A stretch of DNA of 54,351 bases, filler included, from Heptranchias perlo (Eukaryota): assembly GCF_035084215.1 (NCBI RefSeq). It is 2 parts of 2 records of this genome, joined end to end, with 100 filler letters (N's around TTAATTAATTAA, not from the genome) between each part and the next. Parts side by side here need not be neighbours in the genome. Positions count along the whole stretch, not along the records: positions 26,174 to 54,351 come from NC_090333.1; 1 more part is not named here. One strand, 5' to 3'. Each line of letters starts with the position of its first letter. The first letter of the stretch is position 1. This document shows positions 48,901-54,351 of the stretch, piece after piece. The notes under the pieces are model-generated. The model saw nothing but the letters and a program-made list of their open reading frames with translations. It made no database searches and was not told where the DNA came from. The position numbers and the translations under genes are program-made.

Positions 48901-51900
48901 GTGACTGTTACCCAGTACTGTCTGTAGGTGCATGTCCCTGACTGTCAGTGTGACTGTTACCCAGTACTGTCTGTAGGTGCATGTCCCTGACTGTCAGTGT
49001 GACTGTTACCCAGTACTGTCTGTAGGTGCATGTCCCTGACTGTCAGTGTGACTGTTACCCAGTACTGTCTGTAGGTGCATGTCCCTGACTGTCAGTGTGA
49101 CTGTTAACCAGTACTGTCTGTAGGTGCATGTCCCTGACTGTCGGTGCGACTGTTACCCAGTACTGTCTGTAGGTGGATGTCCCTGACTGTCAGTGTGACT
49201 GTTACCCAGTACTGACTGTAGGTGGATGTCCCTGACTGTCAGTGTGACTGTTTCCCAGTACTGTCTGTAGGTGCATGTCCCTGACTGTCGGTGCGACTGT
49301 TACCCAGTACTGTCTGTAGGTGGATGTCCCTGACTGTCAGTGTGACTGTTACCCAGTACTGTCTGTAGGTGCATGTCCCTGACTGTCGGTGCGACTGTTA
49401 CCCAGTACTGTCTGTAGGTGCATGTCCCTGACTGTCAGTGTGACTGTTACCCAGTACTGTCTGTAGGTGCATGTCCCTGACTGTCAGTGTGACTGTTTCC
49501 CAGTACTGTCTGTAGGTGCATGTCCCTGACTGTCGGTGCGACTGTTACCCAGTACTGTCTGTAGGTGGATGTCCCTGACTGTCGGTGTGACTGTTACCCA
49601 GTACTGTCTGTAGGTGCATGTCCCTGACTGTCAGTGTGACTGTTACCCATTACTGTCTGTAGGTGGATGTCCCTGACTGTCAGTGTGACTGTTACCCAGT
49701 ACTGTCTGTAGGTGCATGTCCCTGACTGTCAGTGTGACTGTTACCCAGTACTGTCTGTAGGTGCATGTCCCTGACTGTCAGTGCGACTGTTACCCAGTAC
49801 TGTCTGTAGGTGGATGTCCCTGACTGTCGGTGCGACTGTTACCCAGTACTGTCTGTCGGTGCATGTCCCTGACTGTCAGTGTGACTGTTACCCAGTACTG
49901 TCTGTAGGTGCATGTCCCTGAATGTCAGTGTGACTGTTACCCAGTACTGTCTGTAGGTGCATGTCCCTGACTGTCAGTGTGACTGTTACCCAGTACTGTC
50001 TGTAGGTGCATGTCCCTGACTGTCAGTGTGACTGTTACCCAGTACTGTCTGTCGGTGCATGTCCCTGACTGTCAGTGTGACTGTTACCCAGTACTGTCTG
50101 TAGGTGGATGTCCTTGACTGTCGGTGCGACTGTTACCCAGTACTGTCTGTAGATGCATGTCCCTGACTGTCAGTGTGACTGTTACCCAGTACTGTCTGTA
50201 GGTGCATGTCCCTGTCGGTGTGACTGTTACCCAGTACTGTCTGTAGGTGCATGTAACTGACTGTCGGTGTGAATGTTACCCAGTACTGTCTGTAGGTGCA
50301 TGTCCCTGACTGTCAGTGTGACTGTTACCCAGTACTGTCTGTAGGTGGATGTCCCTGACTGTCAGTGTGACTGTTACCCAGTACTGTCTGTCGGTGCATG
50401 TCCCTGACTGTCAGTGTGACTGTTACCCAGTACTGTCTATAGGTGCATGTCCCTGACTGTCAGTGTGACTGTTACCCAGTACTGTCTGTAGGTGGATGTC
50501 CCTGACTGTCGGTGCGACTGTTACCCAGTACTGTCTGTAGGTGCATGTCCCTGACTGTCAGTGTGACTGTTACCCAGTACTGTCTGTAGGTGCATGTCCC
50601 TGACTGTCAGTGTGACTGTTACCCAGTACTGTCTGTCGGTGCATGTCCCTGACTGTCAGTGTGACTGTTACCCAGTACTGTCTGTAGGTGCATGTCCCTG
50701 ACTGTCAGTGTGACTGTTACCCAGTACTGTCTGTAGGTGCATGTCCCTGACTGTCAGTGTGACTGTTTCCCAGTACTGTCTGTAGGTGCATGTCCCTGAC
50801 TGTCGGTGCGACTGTTACCCAGTACTGTCTGTAGGTGGATGTCCCTGACTGTCAGTGTGACTGTTACCCAGTACTGACTGTAGGTGGATGTCCCTGACTG
50901 TCAGTGTGACTGTTTCCCAGTACTGTCTGTAGGTGCATGTCCCTGACTGTCGGTGCGACTGTTACCCAGTACTGTCTGTTGGTGGATGTCCTTGACTGTC
51001 AGTGCGACTGTTACCCAGTACTGTCTGTAGGTGCATGTCCCTGCCTGTCAGTGTGACTGTTACCCAGTACTGTCTGTGGGTGCATGTCCTTGACTGTCGG
51101 TGCGACTGTTACCCAGTACTGTCTGTAGGTGGATGTCCTTGACTGTCGGTGCGACTGTTACCCAGTACTGTCTGTAGGTGCATGTCCCTGACTGTCAGTG
51201 TGACTGTTACCCAGTACTGTCTGTAGGTGCATGTCCCTGTCGGTGTGACTGTTACCCAGTACTGTCTGTAGGTGCATGTAACTGACTGTCGGTGTGACTG
51301 TTACCCAGTACTGTCTGTAGGTGCATGTCCCTGACTGTCAGTGTGACTGTTACCCAGTACTGTCTGTAGGTGGATGTCCCTGACTGTCAGTGTGACTGTT
51401 ACCCAGTACTGTCTGTCGGTGCATGTCCCTGACTGTCAGTGTGACTGTTACCCAGTACTGTCTGTAGGTGCATGTCCCTGACTGTCAGTGTGACTGTTAC
51501 CCAGTACTGTCTGTAGGTGGATGTCCCTGACTGTCGGTGCGACTGTTACCCAGTACTGTCTGTAGGTGCATGTCCCTGACTGTCAGTGTGACTGTTACCC
51601 AGTACTGTCTGCAGGTGCATGTCCCTGACTGTCAGTGTGACTGTTACCCAGTACTGTCTGTAGGTGCATGTCCCTGACTGTCAGTGTGACTGTTACCCAG
51701 TACTGTCTGTAGGTGCATGTCCCTGACTGTCAGTGTGACTGTTACCCAGTACTGTCTGTAGGTGCATGTCCCTGACTGTCAGTGTGACTGTTAACCAGTA
51801 CTGTCTGTAGGTGCATGTCCCTGACTGTCGGTGCGACTGTTACCCAGTACTGTCTGTAGGTGGATGTCCCTGACTGTCAGTGTGACTGTTACCCAGTACT

Positions 51901-54351
51901 GACTGTAGGTGGATGTCCCTGACTGTCAGTGTGACTGTTTCCCAGTACTGTCTGTAGGTGCATGTCCCTGACTGTCGGTGCGACTGTTACCCAGTACTGT
52001 CTGTAGGTGGATGTCCCTGACTGTCAGTGTGACTGTTACCCAGTACTGTCTGTAGGTGCATGTCCCTGACTGTCGGTGCGACTGTTACCCAGTACTGTCT
52101 GTAGGTGCATGTCCCTGACTGTCAGTGTGACTGTTACCCAGTACTGTCTGTAGGTGCATGTCCCTGACTGTCAGTGTGACTGTTTCCCAGTACTGTCTGT
52201 AGGTGCATGTCCCTGACTGTCGGTGCGACTGTTACCCAGTACTGTCTGTAGGTGGATGTCCCTGACTGTCGGTGTGACTGTTACCCAGTACTGTCTGTAG
52301 GTGCATGTCCCTGACTGTCAGTGTGACTGTTACCCATTACTGTCTGTAGGTGGATGTCCCTGACTGTCAGTGTGACTGTTACCCAGTACTGTCTGTAGGT
52401 GCATGTCCCTGACTGTCAGTGTGACTGTTACCCAGTACTGTCTGTAGGTGCATGTCCCTGACTGTCAGTGCGACTGTTACCCAGTACTGTCTGTAGGTGG
52501 ATGTCCCTGACTGTCGGTGCGACTGTTACCCAGTACTGTCTGTCGGTGCATGTCCCTGACTGTCAGTGTGACTGTTACCCAGTACTGTCTGTAGGTGCAT
52601 GTCCCTGAATGTCAGTGTGACTGTTACCCAGTACTGTCTGTAGGTGCATGTCCCTGACTGTCAGTGTGACTGTTACCCAGTACTGTCTGTAGGTGCATGT
52701 CCCTGACTGTCAGTGTGACTGTTACCCAGTACTGTCTGTAGGTGCATGTCCCTGACTGTCAGTGTGACTGTTACCCAGTACTGTCTGTCGGTGCATGTCC
52801 CTGACTGTCAGTGTGACTGTTACCCAGTACTGTCTGTAGGTGGATGTCCCTGACTGTCAGTGTGACTGTTACCCAGTACTGTCTGTAGGTGCATGTCCCT
52901 GACTGTCAGTGTGACTGTTACCCAGTACCGTCTGTAGGTGCATGTCCCTGACTGTCAGTGTGACTGTTACCCAGTACTGTCTGTAGGTGGATGTCCCTGC
53001 CTGTCAGTGTGACTGTTAACCAGTACTGTCTGTGGGTGCATGTCCTTGACTGTCGGTGCGACTGTTACCCAGTACTGTCTGTAGGTGGATGTCCTTGACT
53101 GTCGGTGCGACTGTTACCCAGTACTGTCTGTAGATGCATGTCCCTGACTGTCAGTGTGACTGTTACCCAGTACTGTCTGTAGGTGCATGTCCCTGTCGGT
53201 GTGACTGTTACCCAGTACTGTCTGTAGGTGCATGTAACTGACTGTCGGTGTGAATGTTACCCAGTACTGTCTGTAGGTGCATGTCCCTGACTGTCAGTGT
53301 GACTGTTACCCAGTACTGTCTGTAGGTGGATGTCCCTGACTGTCAGTGTGACTGTTACCCAGTACTGTCTGTCGGTGCATGTCCCTGACTGTCAGTGTGA
53401 CTGTTACCCAGTACTGTCTATAGGTGCATGTCCCTGACTGTCAGTGTGACTGTTACCCAGTACTGTCTGTAGGTGGATGTCCCTGACTGTCGGTGCGACT
53501 GTTACCCAGTACTGTCTGTAGGTGCATGTCCCTGACTGTCAGTGTGACTGTTACCCAGTACTGTCTGTAGGTGCATGTCCCTGACTGTCAGTGTGACTGT
53601 TACCCAGTACTGTCTGTCGGTGCATGTCCCTGACTGTCAGTGTGACTGTTACCCAGTACTGTCTGTAGGTGCATGTCCCTGACTGTCAGTGTGACTGTTA
53701 CCCAGTACTGTCTGTAGGTGCATGTCCCTGACTGTCAGTGTGACTGTTTCCCAGTACTGTCTGTAGGTGCATGTCCCTGACTGTCGGTGCGACTGTTACC
53801 CAGTACTGTCTGTAGGTGGATGTCCCTGACTGTCAGTGTGACTGTTACCCAGTACTGACTGTAGGTGGATGTCCCTGACTGTCAGTGTGACTGTTTCCCA
53901 GTACTGTCTGTAGGTGCATGTCCCTGACTGTCGGTGCGACTGTTACCCAGTACTGTCTGTTGGTGGATGTCCTTGACTGTCAGTGCGACTGTTACCCAGT
54001 ACTGTCTGTAGGTGCATGTCCTTGACTGTCAGTGTGACTGTTACCCAGTACTGTCTGTAGGTGCATGTCCCTGACTGTCAGTGTGACTGTTACCCAGTAC
54101 TGTCTGTAGGTGGATGTCCTTGACTGTCGGTGTGACTGTTACCCAGTACTGTCTGTAGGTGCATGTCCCTGACTGTCAGTGCGACTGTTACCCAGTACTG
54201 TCTGTAGGTGGATGTCCCTGACTGTCAGTGTGACTGTTACCCAGTACTGTCTGTAGGTGGATGTCCCTGACCGTCAGTGTGACTGTTACCCAGTACTGTC
54301 TGTAGGTGCATGTCCCTGACTGTCAGTGTGACTGTTACCCAGTACTGTCTG
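42916..54351. repeat. 49-bp satellite/minisatellite, ~233 copies, truncated by the window end
   Basis: Unit TGTCCCTGACTGTCAGTGTGACTGTTACCCAGTACTGTCTGTAGGTG(C/G)A with recurrent variants. Confidence 0.98.

Noticed and set aside
26901-54351. CRISPR-like or repeat-spacer array interpretation of the tandem arrays
   Set aside because: Units are head-to-tail with no unique spacers, the context is a eukaryotic intron-exon locus, and no cas genes are present.
42916-54351. 49-bp units as functional RSSs
   Set aside because: The heptamer-like CAGTGTG is present, but the best nonamer-like word (GGTGCATGT) is 10 bp away, not 12 or 23.

Overview
Vertebrate, almost certainly cartilaginous-fish (shark) genomic DNA. 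It consists of two blocks separated by an apparently artificial 100-bp spacer (N44-TTAATTAATTAA-N44 at 26074-26173). The left block (1-26073) is SINE/LINE-rich. It holds six coding exons of gamma-secretase subunit APH1A (minus strand, with a CpG/GC-box promoter) and the last four coding exons of RAB13 (minus strand; the 5' exons are absent). The right block (26174-54351) is one complete, unrearranged shark-type immunoglobulin kappa (type III/NS4-like) light-chain cluster: leader, V with 12-RSS, 23-RSS with J, and C. Its V-J interval is filled by about 131 copies of a 61-bp minisatellite, and each unit reads as a degenerate heptamer-23bp-nonamer. Further tandem arrays lie in the J-C intron (33-bp, 22-bp and CCCTGA units), in the putative 3' UTR (67-bp unit) and downstream (49-bp unit, >11 kb, truncated by the window end). 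Family assignments rest on recalled sequences, not database searches, and repeat boundaries are approximate.
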